Assembly: GCA_963817525.1 (NCBI GenBank)
Contig: CAWFOU010000001.1
Coordinates: 928,001-992,000 of the forward strand
DNA: 64,000 bases
Direction: 5' to 3'
DNA from: an uncultured archaeon
Lineage (GTDB): Archaea; Thermoproteota; Nitrososphaeria; Nitrososphaerales; Gagatemarchaeaceae
Both the position numbers and the translations under genes were made by a program. The number at the start of each line of letters is the position of its first letter. Position 1 is the stretch's first letter. Below, one piece after another: positions 56,739-64,000 of the stretch. The notes beneath the pieces were generated by a model. It ran no database searches. It was not told the origin of the DNA and worked only from the letters and a program-made list of their open reading frames with translations.

Positions 56739-57308
56739 TCAGTTCCTCTTCTTCTCGTAGACGTAGACTCCGTCCAAGAATATGCGCTGGTCCTTGCGCT
56801 TTATCCTCGTGGCCTGCTCCACGTTGGCGGCGGTCTGTCCTATCTGCTCGAGAGATGTTCCCTTTATTATGATATCGTCGCCGTCGGTCGTGACCTTGCA
56901 CCCTGCGAGTATCTTCGCCACCCTGGGCGACCTCTCCCCCATGAAGTTCTCCACGAACACCGTGTCGTCCTTGACCTTCACGGTCACTGGGAAGTGGGCG
57001 AAGATCACCTTCATCTTGTACTCGTAGCCCTTAGTGACCCCGTGCACCAGCGCCCTCACTATGGAGGAGACCGTGTTGGCGGAGATCACGTCCTTCTTCT
57101 TTCCCGTGAACGGCTTGATCGTGACCTGGTTCCCCTTTACCTCGATGTCCACGGGAATCCTCTGGAAGACCTTGGTCGCGGTCCCGTTAGGGCCCTTCAT
57201 GGACAGCTCCCTGTCCTTGACGCTCGCGGTCACTCCGGCCGGTAGCTCGACTGTCCTCGAGCCGTCCTCCTTCCTCTGGGCGGCCTTGGCGGCGACGCTA
57301 GTAGACAT
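56739..57308 (-). CDS. rpl6: 50S ribosomal protein L6
   Basis: HFPVTV, NFMGE, GQTAANVEQ, DQRIFLDGVY. Confidence 0.96.
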   Translation of the reverse strand: MSTSVAAKAAQRKEDGSRTVELPAGVTASVKDRELSMKGPNGTATKVFQRIPVDIEVKGNQVTIKPFTGKKKDVISANTVSSIVRALVHGVTKGYEYKMKVIFAHFPVTVKVKDDTVFVENFMGERSPRVAKILAGCKVTTDGDDIIIKGTSLEQIGQTAANVEQATRIKRKDQRIFLDGVYVYEKKRN

Positions 57309-57690
57309 ACCCGAGTAGTCTCCCGCCCAGGTTCTTCTCTTGGGCTTCTGTGTGAGATAGTATCCCCTTCGAGGTAGAGACGACCAGCATCCCGACCCCC
57401 ACCGCCGGCAGGTACCTCGCCTCCCATTTTTGGAACTCCTTGGCCTTGATGGGGAATCGGGGAGACACGGCCCCGCACTTGTTAATCCTCCCGAGCAGCT
57501 GGACCCTGAGCTTGCCCGTCACGCCGTCGTCGATGAACTCGAACTCGCCGATGTACCTCCTCTTCTGGAGGACCCGCATCACCTCGCTCGCTAGTTTGGA
57601 GGCGGGGATGACGATGCACTCCTTCTTGTGCCTCATCTCCGAGTTCTGGAGGGAGATGAAGAGGTTCGCGAGGATGTTGGTTACTGGCAT
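57298..57690 (-). CDS. rps8: 30S ribosomal protein S8
   Basis: YIGEFEFIDDG, GRINKCG, STSKG, GGRLLGYVY. Confidence 0.97.
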   Translation of the reverse strand: MPVTNILANLFISLQNSEMRHKKECIVIPASKLASEVMRVLQKRRYIGEFEFIDDGVTGKLRVQLLGRINKCGAVSPRFPIKAKEFQKWEARYLPAVGVGMLVVSTSKGILSHTEAQEKNLGGRLLGYVY

Positions 57691-57708
57691 GGTTTCTCCA
57701 TCACTCTC

Positions 57709-57870
57709 TCAGTCGTACTTCCTAAACCCGAGCTTCTCAGCGACCTCTCTAAAACACTGCCGACAGAGGAACAGGTCGTAGCTCCTAATCACCGCTCCGT
57801 ACTGCCCGCACCTGCGGCAGTACCTCGTCGACTTGCCGTACTTTCTGACCTTTGGATGGCGCTCCTTCAC
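57709..57870 (-). CDS. rps14: 30S ribosomal protein S14
   Basis: Manual translation: ...[37 protein letters not shown]; not in the ORF track. Confidence 0.95.
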   Translation of the reverse strand: MKERHPKVRKYGKSTRYCRRCGQYGAVIRSYDLFLCRQCFREVAEKLGFRKYD

Positions 57871-58406
57871 TCTATTGTTACCCCGAATTCGCGCTTGAAG
57901 TAGTCCATCGCCTCGTCCTTCGTGACCACGTGGCTCTTGCCGAGGCTCGCGGACTTGCGCAGCCTCCTCGAGACGCGGTATCCCGGGCGCTCAAGCAGGA
58001 CCGAGACGTTCATCCCCCAGATCCCTATCTCCGGGTCGTAGCGTATCCCGGGGATCTCTATGTGCTCCTTCAGTCCGAAGGAGACGCTGCCCCTCTCGTC
58101 GAAGGACGACGAGTTCATCTTCTTCTCCCTCGCGACGAGCAGCCGCGTGATCAGCTCCTTGCACTTTTCCTGCCCCCTGGTGGTCACCACCAAGCCGATG
58201 GGCTCGCCCTTGTGGGTCCCAAAGTCCCTGATGGAGTTCTTCGCCTTGCGCTGGCTGGGCTTTTGGGAGGTTATCTGCTCGAGGACCTTCATCGCCCTCT
58301 CCACCGCCTCGCCCGACTTGCCCACTCCGATGTTTATCACTACCTTTCCGATCGAGATCCGGCGCATGCCTGCGTCGTCCGCCTTGGCCTCTGTCGCTGC
58401 GATCAA
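57867..58406 (-). CDS. rpl5: 50S ribosomal protein L5
   Basis: [31 protein letters not shown]. Confidence 0.96.
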   Translation of the reverse strand: MIAATEAKADDAGMRRISIGKVVINIGVGKSGEAVERAMKVLEQITSQKPSQRKAKNSIRDFGTHKGEPIGLVVTTRGQEKCKELITRLLVAREKKMNSSSFDERGSVSFGLKEHIEIPGIRYDPEIGIWGMNVSVLLERPGYRVSRRLRKSASLGKSHVVTKDEAMDYFKREFGVTIE

Positions 58407-59128
58407 CTCTTGACCTGGACCTCCAACACTGGCTTGTCGGCGCCAACCGCGAAGACCAGCCTCTCAGGAAGCTCGGTCTCTCCGCTGGGGAGCGAGAGCT
58501 CCACCATCTTCTCGCGGGTGCTCGTCCCCTTCTTCACGCTGATTATCTTCCCGACCTGCCCAGCTCTCTCGCCAGAGACGACGAGGCCCATGGATCCCTT
58601 CGCGAACTTCACGCTCTCGACCACCGACTGGACCGGGACCCGCATGACCACGCTGTCGCCGAGCGAGGCGGCGAGCTTGTCGTCCAACAGGGAGCGACCG
58701 TCGTGGAACCCGAACTGGATGCGGCCTCCAGAGATCTTCACCTTTGACTTTACGCGGCAGAGCTTGATGCCTGCCTCAGTGGAGACGATCTCCACGGGGA
58801 CGAGCCCGTCGGGGGAGGGCACGAACCTGTACGCCTTGCCCTCCTTCGGGATGCTTACGACGTCGAACAGCCCCACTGGGAATCCCGGGTCCTGCCTTGG
58901 GACTCCGTCAACGAGCACCTGCCTTGCGGTAAGGACCTGGGTGACCTCCTTCTGGGAAGCTACCATCCCGAGGATGTCGCGCAAGACCACGGCTAGCGAG
59001 TACGACTTTTCGACCGAGTGGGAGCCGGGGCTCGGCTTGGTGATGAACCTCGCCTCCTTCCGGGCGATGTCCCAAGAGCGCGGCGCCGAGAGGCGCTTCA
59101 TCTTAGTCCGGCCGCTCTTCTTTCCCAT
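58403..59128 (-). CDS. rps4e: 30S ribosomal protein S4e
   Basis: KRLSAP, PSPGSH, FPVGLFDV, HDGR. Confidence 0.95.
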   Translation of the reverse strand: MGKKSGRTKMKRLSAPRSWDIARKEARFITKPSPGSHSVEKSYSLAVVLRDILGMVASQKEVTQVLTARQVLVDGVPRQDPGFPVGLFDVVSIPKEGKAYRFVPSPDGLVPVEIVSTEAGIKLCRVKSKVKISGGRIQFGFHDGRSLLDDKLAASLGDSVVMRVPVQSVVESVKFAKGSMGLVVSGERAGQVGKIISVKKGTSTREKMVELSLPSGETELPERLVFAVGADKPVLEVQVKS

Positions 59129-59131
59129 GGC

Positions 59132-59446
59132 CTAGCTCTCTGCCTCCTCTGTCGTCTTCTCCTCGACGAGCGCCTTCCTGACCTTGTCCTCCAGGTTGAG
59201 GCTGGTGACTACGACCTTCGACGCGTCGATGGCTACCGCTCCGGTCTTGCCGCCGGCGATCTTCTCGCGGTTTACGCCCTCGATGAAGATCTTCCCTTTC
59301 TGTGGGTCGACGCGCAGTATCTTGCCCTCTATCCCCTTGAACCCCCCCCTGACTATCCTGACCCCGTCGCCCTTCACCGGCCTCACGGTCTTCCTCGCGT
59401 GCTTCTCTCGGAGCTCCTTCGACAAATACGAGCCGAATTTCGTCAT
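59132..59446 (-). CDS. rpl24: 50S ribosomal protein L24 (N-terminally short)
   Basis: LSKELREK, KGDGVRIVRG KOW motif, IDASKV. Confidence 0.9.
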   Translation of the reverse strand: MTKFGSYLSKELREKHARKTVRPVKGDGVRIVRGGFKGIEGKILRVDPQKGKIFIEGVNREKIAGGKTGAVAIDASKVVVTSLNLEDKVRKALVEEKTTEEAES

Positions 59447-59470
59447 TTTCTACTATTCATTCTCCTTCTC

Positions 59471-59905
59471 TCATACCACCACGGAGGCCAGGTTGGCTAT
59501 CCTGGGCCACTTCTCTGCTGCCTCGCTCGCGACGGGCCCCTTGATGTCGGTGCCCTTCATCTCGCCCTCGGGGGTGACCAGCACCGCCGCGTTGTCCTCG
59601 AAGCAGATCCTCTGGCCGCTGACCCTCCGGACGGCGTACTTCTGCCTGATCACGACGGCTCCCCAGACCTGGTTCCTAAGGTCGGGAGGGCCGCGCTTCA
59701 CCGTGCACTGAATGTGGTCCCCGACGGAGGCCGCCGGATACCTCGCGAGCCTGGTCTTCGCCCTGGTGACCATGATGACCTTGAGGGTCTTCGCGCCGGT
59801 GTTGTCGGCGCAGGTTATCACGGCGTTAGTCGGAATCGCCCTGGTGATGTAGGTCTTGAACTCCTCGACTCCCTTTGCCGAGACCGCTCTGGACTTTGTG
59901 GACAA
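59471..59905 (-). CDS. rpl14: 50S ribosomal protein L14
   Basis: CADNTGAK, FEDNAAV, KGTDIKGPVA. Confidence 0.97.
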   Translation of the reverse strand: MSTKSRAVSAKGVEEFKTYITRAIPTNAVITCADNTGAKTLKVIMVTRAKTRLARYPAASVGDHIQCTVKRGPPDLRNQVWGAVVIRQKYAVRRVSGQRICFEDNAAVLVTPEGEMKGTDIKGPVASEAAEKWPRIANLASVVV

Positions 59906-59908
59906 TCT

Positions 59909-60235
59909 CTACATTCCTCCCTTGGTCTGGACGACCACGAACGACACCGTCTTTGCGAGCGGCCTGCACTCGGCGATGATCGCGATGTCTCCCTCCTTCG
60001 CCTCGACGCAGGGCGGAAGGTGGGCGTGGACCTTGCTCCTCCTCCTCTCATACCGGTTGTACTTTGGCACTCGCTGAAGGAGCTCCCTCTGGATTACGAC
60101 GGTCTGCTTGTTCGAGACAGAGACGATCGTCCCCGTCAGCATCTTGCCTCTCACCTTGAGGTGCCCGTGGAACGGGCAGCGGGAGTCCTCGCAGTTGCGC
60201 TTAGGCGGCGCCAGGTCGAGGCCTGCAGAGTTCAT
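59909..60235 (-). CDS. rps17: 30S ribosomal protein S17
   Basis: CPFHG, KYNRYERRRSK, ECRPLAKTVSF. Confidence 0.97.
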   Translation of the reverse strand: MNSAGLDLAPPKRNCEDSRCPFHGHLKVRGKMLTGTIVSVSNKQTVVIQRELLQRVPKYNRYERRRSKVHAHLPPCVEAKEGDIAIIAECRPLAKTVSFVVVQTKGGM

Positions 60236-60501
60236 CTCGAGCGCTCCGCCCCTCGCCTGGCCGTCCCTCTGGTGATAGCGATCCTGTCTTCGAGCCTGCC
60301 CTCTAGGTCGTCGCCAATGACGATCGTCCCGCTCGAGAGCTCAAGCGCGCTGCCCGTCTTTGGAAGGATGACCTTCCTCTTCGCATCGGTCCTGATCGTT
60401 AGAGTGTGCATGGTCTCCAGCACGACCTTTCCCTTGAGCCCGAGGAGCACGGTGTTCTTGGCCGCCGCGACCCTGACGTCCTCTCCTATGATGAAGCTCA
60501 T
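60232..60501 (-). CDS. rnp1: RNase P protein component 1 (Rpp29)
   Basis: IGEDV, GKVVLET, PK, RLEDRI; position between rpl29 and rps17. Confidence 0.88.
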   Translation of the reverse strand: MSFIIGEDVRVAAAKNTVLLGLKGKVVLETMHTLTIRTDAKRKVILPKTGSALELSSGTIVIGDDLEGRLEDRIAITRGTARRGAERSR

Positions 60502-60704
60502 TCTACCACGTCCTTCTCGTTCATGATGGTCAGGAGCCTGGCGATGTCCATCTTCACGCGCCTTATGGAGCCGCTCTTCTTCTGGATGATGCCCCTCTGC
60601 CTCAGGCCGCTCAGCCTCGCGAGCTCGCCGCGGAGCTCGAAGAGCCTGTCCTGAAGCTCCTTAGGCTCCTGCTGTCTCAACGCCTTTGCTTTCATTCTTG
60701 GCAA
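60498..60704 (-). CDS. rpl29: 50S ribosomal protein L29
   Basis: LRGEL...IRRVKMDIARLLT. Confidence 0.92.
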   Translation of the reverse strand: MPRMKAKALRQQEPKELQDRLFELRGELARLSGLRQRGIIQKKSGSIRRVKMDIARLLTIMNEKDVVE

Positions 60705-61608
60705 TTTGTTCCTCTTCCTTTGTGTCCTTCGTCGCTGCCTTCTTCTTGGTGACGCGCTTGCGCGTCGTGGTCGTCGTCTTGGCCGCCTTCTTCGCCTTTG
60801 TCGTCTTCTTCGCCTTGGGCGCCTCTGCTTCCGCCGTCGCGGAGGCTGGTGCTGGGGCTGCCGGCGGTGGGACCTCCACTAGGGTCGCGGCCGGCGCGGA
60901 GACCGCGGCTTCGGCGACGACGACTCGTGGGGCCACTTGAGCGGGCGCGGTTGCTGGCGAGGCTGGAGCTGCCGGCGCGACGGGCGCGGCCTCCTCCGGC
61001 TGCGCCTCGCTGAACTCGATTGGCGGGGGAATGGCGTCCGGAATGGCAATCTTCACCTTGATTCCGAATAAGCCCAGTTTCAGCAGCACGTCAGTGGTCG
61101 CCGACCTGACTATCTCGTCGGCGGTCTCCCCGCTCTTCGGGACGACTCCCATCCTGTACTTTTCCTTGTGAGCCCTGTCGCTCCGCAACTTCCCGGCGAC
61201 GCCGATCTCGCACCCCATCGCCCCTGCCTCCATGATGGTGGTCATGGTCCAGTTGGCGGCCCTCCTGAAGGCCGTGCCCCTGGCGACTATCTGCGCCGTC
61301 CTCTGTGCCATTATCCTGGGATTTAGTTCGGGCCGCTCCACCTCGGAGACGGCTATCTGCGGGTTCGGTAGGTTGAACTTCTGGGCTACCCTCTCGGTCA
61401 ACTCTTTGATGCCCGTGCCCCGCCTGCCTATTGCGAGGCCGGGCCTTGTGACAAAAACTGTGATCCTCGTGCCGACGGGGTTCCTCTGGATGTCGACTCC
61501 CGCGTACCCCGCCTCCTTGAGCTGGGCCTCTAGGTACTCGTCGAGGTCGGCGTAGGTCCTGTGCATCGAAAGCAGGCTCTTGACTGCGCTCTTTTCTACC
61601 TGAGACAT
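60661..61608 (-). CDS. rps3: 30S ribosomal protein S3
   Basis: RPGLAIGRRG KH motif, PELNP, GKL, GIKVKI; long Ala/Pro/Lys tail. Confidence 0.96.
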   Translation of the reverse strand: MSQVEKSAVKSLLSMHRTYADLDEYLEAQLKEAGYAGVDIQRNPVGTRITVFVTRPGLAIGRRGTGIKELTERVAQKFNLPNPQIAVSEVERPELNPRIMAQRTAQIVARGTAFRRAANWTMTTIMEAGAMGCEIGVAGKLRSDRAHKEKYRMGVVPKSGETADEIVRSATTDVLLKLGLFGIKVKIAIPDAIPPPIEFSEAQPEEAAPVAPAAPASPATAPAQVAPRVVVAEAAVSAPAATLVEVPPPAAPAPASATAEAEAPKAKKTTKAKKAAKTTTTTRKRVTKKKAATKDTKEEEQIAKNESKGVETAGA

Positions 61609-61614
61609 AGCTAC

Positions 61615-62079
61615 CTACTGAGCCTCCTTCGCCACGAACTCGACGTGCACCAGCACGTGGAAGTTCGGGCTGCTTCGCCCGTGCGCCCTCGGGACGTAGT
61701 CCTTTATCACACGCCCGGCCTTTGCGGATGCGTGGATGAGGTGCACCTTGTCCGGGTCGAGGCCCTTGAACTCGCAGTTCCCCCTTAGGTTCTGGAGCAC
61801 GCCGAGGATCCTTCCGGCTGCCTTGACGGGATAGGAGCCCGTGGGGAAGCCCACCAGCTCGCTCCTGTGTCCGACCTTCTTCTTGAATCTCCTGAAGGCG
61901 ATCGGCGCCTTCTTGTCCTCTACGGTCTCGGCGAGTTCGATAGCCTTTGTAAGCGTCATCCCCTTCATCGTGTTGCAGATCTCTCGCGCGGCCTTTGGCG
62001 AGATGTTGAGCTCTCTCCCGCTAGCCCTTACGTGAATAGCTGGGTCGTAACCCTCCATTGTATATCCGAAATTGGGCAC
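61615..62079 (-). CDS. rpl22: 50S ribosomal protein L22
   Basis: ISPKAAREIC, YPVKAA, PRAHGR. Confidence 0.95.
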   Translation of the reverse strand: MPNFGYTMEGYDPAIHVRASGRELNISPKAAREICNTMKGMTLTKAIELAETVEDKKAPIAFRRFKKKVGHRSELVGFPTGSYPVKAAGRILGVLQNLRGNCEFKGLDPDKVHLIHASAKAGRVIKDYVPRAHGRSSPNFHVLVHVEFVAKEAQ

Positions 62080-62256
62080 TAGCGACTACCGATTCCCTCC
62101 GACCGGCCTGCGGAGTGGATATAAAGCTAACTCAACGAGGGGGATGTCAGTAGCTATTTCCTAGCGGATGCCATCGACATGAGGGCGAACTTTTCTCGAC
62201 GAGACACCAAAGTTTAACGCCCGTCGGTGGCTTACTTTGGGCAGGAGGAGTGAAAC

Positions 62257-63984
62257 ATGGACCGAACTGGCCACGACGTGGTCGTCATCGGCTCCGGGAT
62301 AGCGGGGCTTCGCGCTGCAATCGAAGCCGCTCGGGTGAGCGACGGAAAAGCCGACGTGGCCGTTGTCACCAAGCTCCAGGCGATGCGCTCGCACTCGGTG
62401 AGCGCTGAGGGTGGGACCGCGGCCGTGCTCTACCCTGAGTTGGGGGACTCTCTCGAGTCGCACGTCTTTGACACTGTGAAGGGCTCCGACTACCTCGGCG
62501 ACCAGGACGCGATAGAGCGCTTCGTGAAGGCGATGCCGGGCGAGATCTACCAGCTCGAGCACTGGGGGATGCCCTGGTCGAGGCGTGAGGATGGGAGGAT
62601 CGCGCAGCGCTGGTTCGGGGGCTACAGCTATCCGAGGGCGACCTTCGCCGAGGACAAGGTCGGGTTCCACGAGATGCAGACGCTCTACGACACCTGCACC
62701 GGGTACGGGGACATCTCGTTCTACCAAGAATGGTTCGCGACGTCGGTCATCGTGGAGCAGGGCGAGTTCAGGGGAGTGACCGCAATTGAGATGAAGAGCG
62801 GCGACCTTGTCTCGATATCGGCGAAGGCCGGGATAATCGCAACGGGTGGGGCCGGGAGGCTCTACAGCTTCGCCACCTACGGGCACAGCTCCACCCCCGA
62901 CGGGATCGCGATGGGATACCGCGCGGGCGTCCCGCTCAAGGACATGGAGTTCGTGCAGTTCCACCCCTCGGGGCTCATACCGTCCGGGATACTCATCACG
63001 GAGGGCGCGCGCGCCGACGGGGGCGTGCTCCTCAACAAGGACGGCGAGAGGTTCATGGGGAAGTACGCACCCGAGAAGCTGGAGCTCGCGTCGCGCGACG
63101 TGGTATCGCGCGCGGTGATGACCGAGATCGAGGAGGGCAGGGGCTTCAAGGACGAGAGGAGCGGATACGACTACGTCGAGCTCGACCTGACGAAGATAGG
63201 GGCGGAGAAGCTGAAGGCGAGGCTCGCGGGGATCAGGGAGATCGCCATGAAGTTCAAGGGGATCGACCCGGTCGAAGAGCCGCTCCCGGTCAGGCCGGTC
63301 TGCCACTACATGATGGGCGGGCTGGGCGTCGACATCGACGGCGCGACAGGGGTCAACGGGTTGTGGGCGGCAGGAGAGGCCGCGTGCGTGAGCATCAACG
63401 GGGCGAACAGGCTCGGGGCGAACTCGACTGCGGAGTGCCTCGTCTGGGGGCGCATAACGGGAGCGGAGGCCGCGAGGTTCGCAATGGGGAGGGGCGTCCC
63501 GTCCGCGCCGAGGGAGGCGGTGCTGAAGGAGGAGGCACGGATCTTCGACGGGATATTCCATGGGCGGGGAGGGACCAATCCATACGACGTGAGGGACTCG
63601 GTCCAGAGCGCGATGGACAAGGGGGCCTTTGTGTACAGGACAGATGGAGGAATCGCGGAGGCGCTGAAGTCGGTGAGGGCGCTCAGGGAGACCGACTATC
63701 TGCACTGCGACGACCACAGCAGGCGCTTCAACACGAACCTCACCAACGTCCTCGAGGTCGAGGCGATGCTGATGGCGGCGGAGGTGATACTAAGTTGCGC
63801 CCTGGCGAGGCGCGAGACGAGGGGCGCCCATGCAAGAAGGGACTACCCGAAGAGGGACGACGTCAACTGGCTCAAGCACAGCCTGGCGTTCCACTCGCCC
63901 GAGGAGACGGAGGGAGGGCACGTCAGGCTTGCGTACTCGCCGGTCAAGATAACGCGCTACCAGCCCGCGGAGCGCCACTACTAG
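62257..63984 (+). CDS. sdhA: Succinate dehydrogenase/fumarate reductase flavoprotein subunit
   Basis: GSGIAG, RSHSVSAEGG (FAD-binding His), QFHPSG, HYMMGG, GANRLGANS, ETRGAH. Confidence 0.95.
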   Translation: MDRTGHDVVVIGSGIAGLRAAIEAARVSDGKADVAVVTKLQAMRSHSVSAEGGTAAVLYPELGDSLESHVFDTVKGSDYLGDQDAIERFVKAMPGEIYQLEHWGMPWSRREDGRIAQRWFGGYSYPRATFAEDKVGFHEMQTLYDTCTGYGDISFYQEWFATSVIVEQGEFRGVTAIEMKSGDLVSISAKAGIIATGGAGRLYSFATYGHSSTPDGIAMGYRAGVPLKDMEFVQFHPSGLIPSGILITEGARADGGVLLNKDGERFMGKYAPEKLELASRDVVSRAVMTEIEEGRGFKDERSGYDYVELDLTKIGAEKLKARLAGIREIAMKFKGIDPVEEPLPVRPVCHYMMGGLGVDIDGATGVNGLWAAGEAACVSINGANRLGANSTAECLVWGRITGAEAARFAMGRGVPSAPREAVLKEEARIFDGIFHGRGGTNPYDVRDSVQSAMDKGAFVYRTDGGIAEALKSVRALRETDYLHCDDHSRRFNTNLTNVLEVEAMLMAAEVILSCALARRETRGAHARRDYPKRDDVNWLKHSLAFHSPEETEGGHVRLAYSPVKITRYQPAERHY

Positions 63985-64000
63985 CTTTATTAGAAAACTC

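Noticed and set aside
62161-63717. Long antisense or alternate-frame ORFs (also 4481-5923, 31704-33164, 59018-60526 and others)
   Set aside because: Shadow ORFs expected at high GC3; they overlap well-supported genes and lack motifs
1-64000. CRISPR array or rRNA genes
   Set aside because: No regularly spaced repeats or rRNA-like sequence noticed; nearly all of the sequence is accounted for by CDS

Overview
High-GC archaeal chromosome segment, most consistent with a Nitrososphaerota (Thaumarchaeota) lineage: it has the archaeal r-protein set plus ftsZ, and no rpl34e/rpl14e around cmk. Most of the window is core translation/transcription machinery on the minus strand (S10/spc cluster rpl22 to secY, adk, cmk, cbf5; rps13-rps4-rps11-rpoD-rpl18e-rpl13-rps9-rpoN-eno-rps2; mvk-ipk-GGPP synthase-gltX; rpl7ae-rps28e-rpl24e-ndk; infB-rps6e-eIF2g-PIN-rpoE-spt4-DPCK-rps24e-rps27ae). 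Metabolic genes include glmS, dys, coxG, a coxL-like gene, purA and sdhA. Selfish or accessory DNA: (1) an ~11 kb lower-GC element integrated in tRNA-Ser(GGA), with 57-bp att repeats that split an SSV1-type integrase; its cargo includes a candidate defence module (HTH protein, MORC/GHKL ATPase, an unannotated 52-aa HNH-like Zn finger, and a divergent RHH/wHTH protein); (2) a solo TnpB between rps11 and rpoD whose right end coincides with the rps11 stop codon; (3) a free-standing LAGLIDADG endonuclease between rps28e and rpl24e; (4) a LAGLIDADG intein in aIF5B; (5) an intact but apparently catalytically dead IS6-like transposase head-to-head with ftsZ. Single-base frameshifts in housekeeping genes (eIF2g, glmS twice, DPCK) are probably assembly errors. 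All family assignments come from motif recognition by eye; no searches were run.
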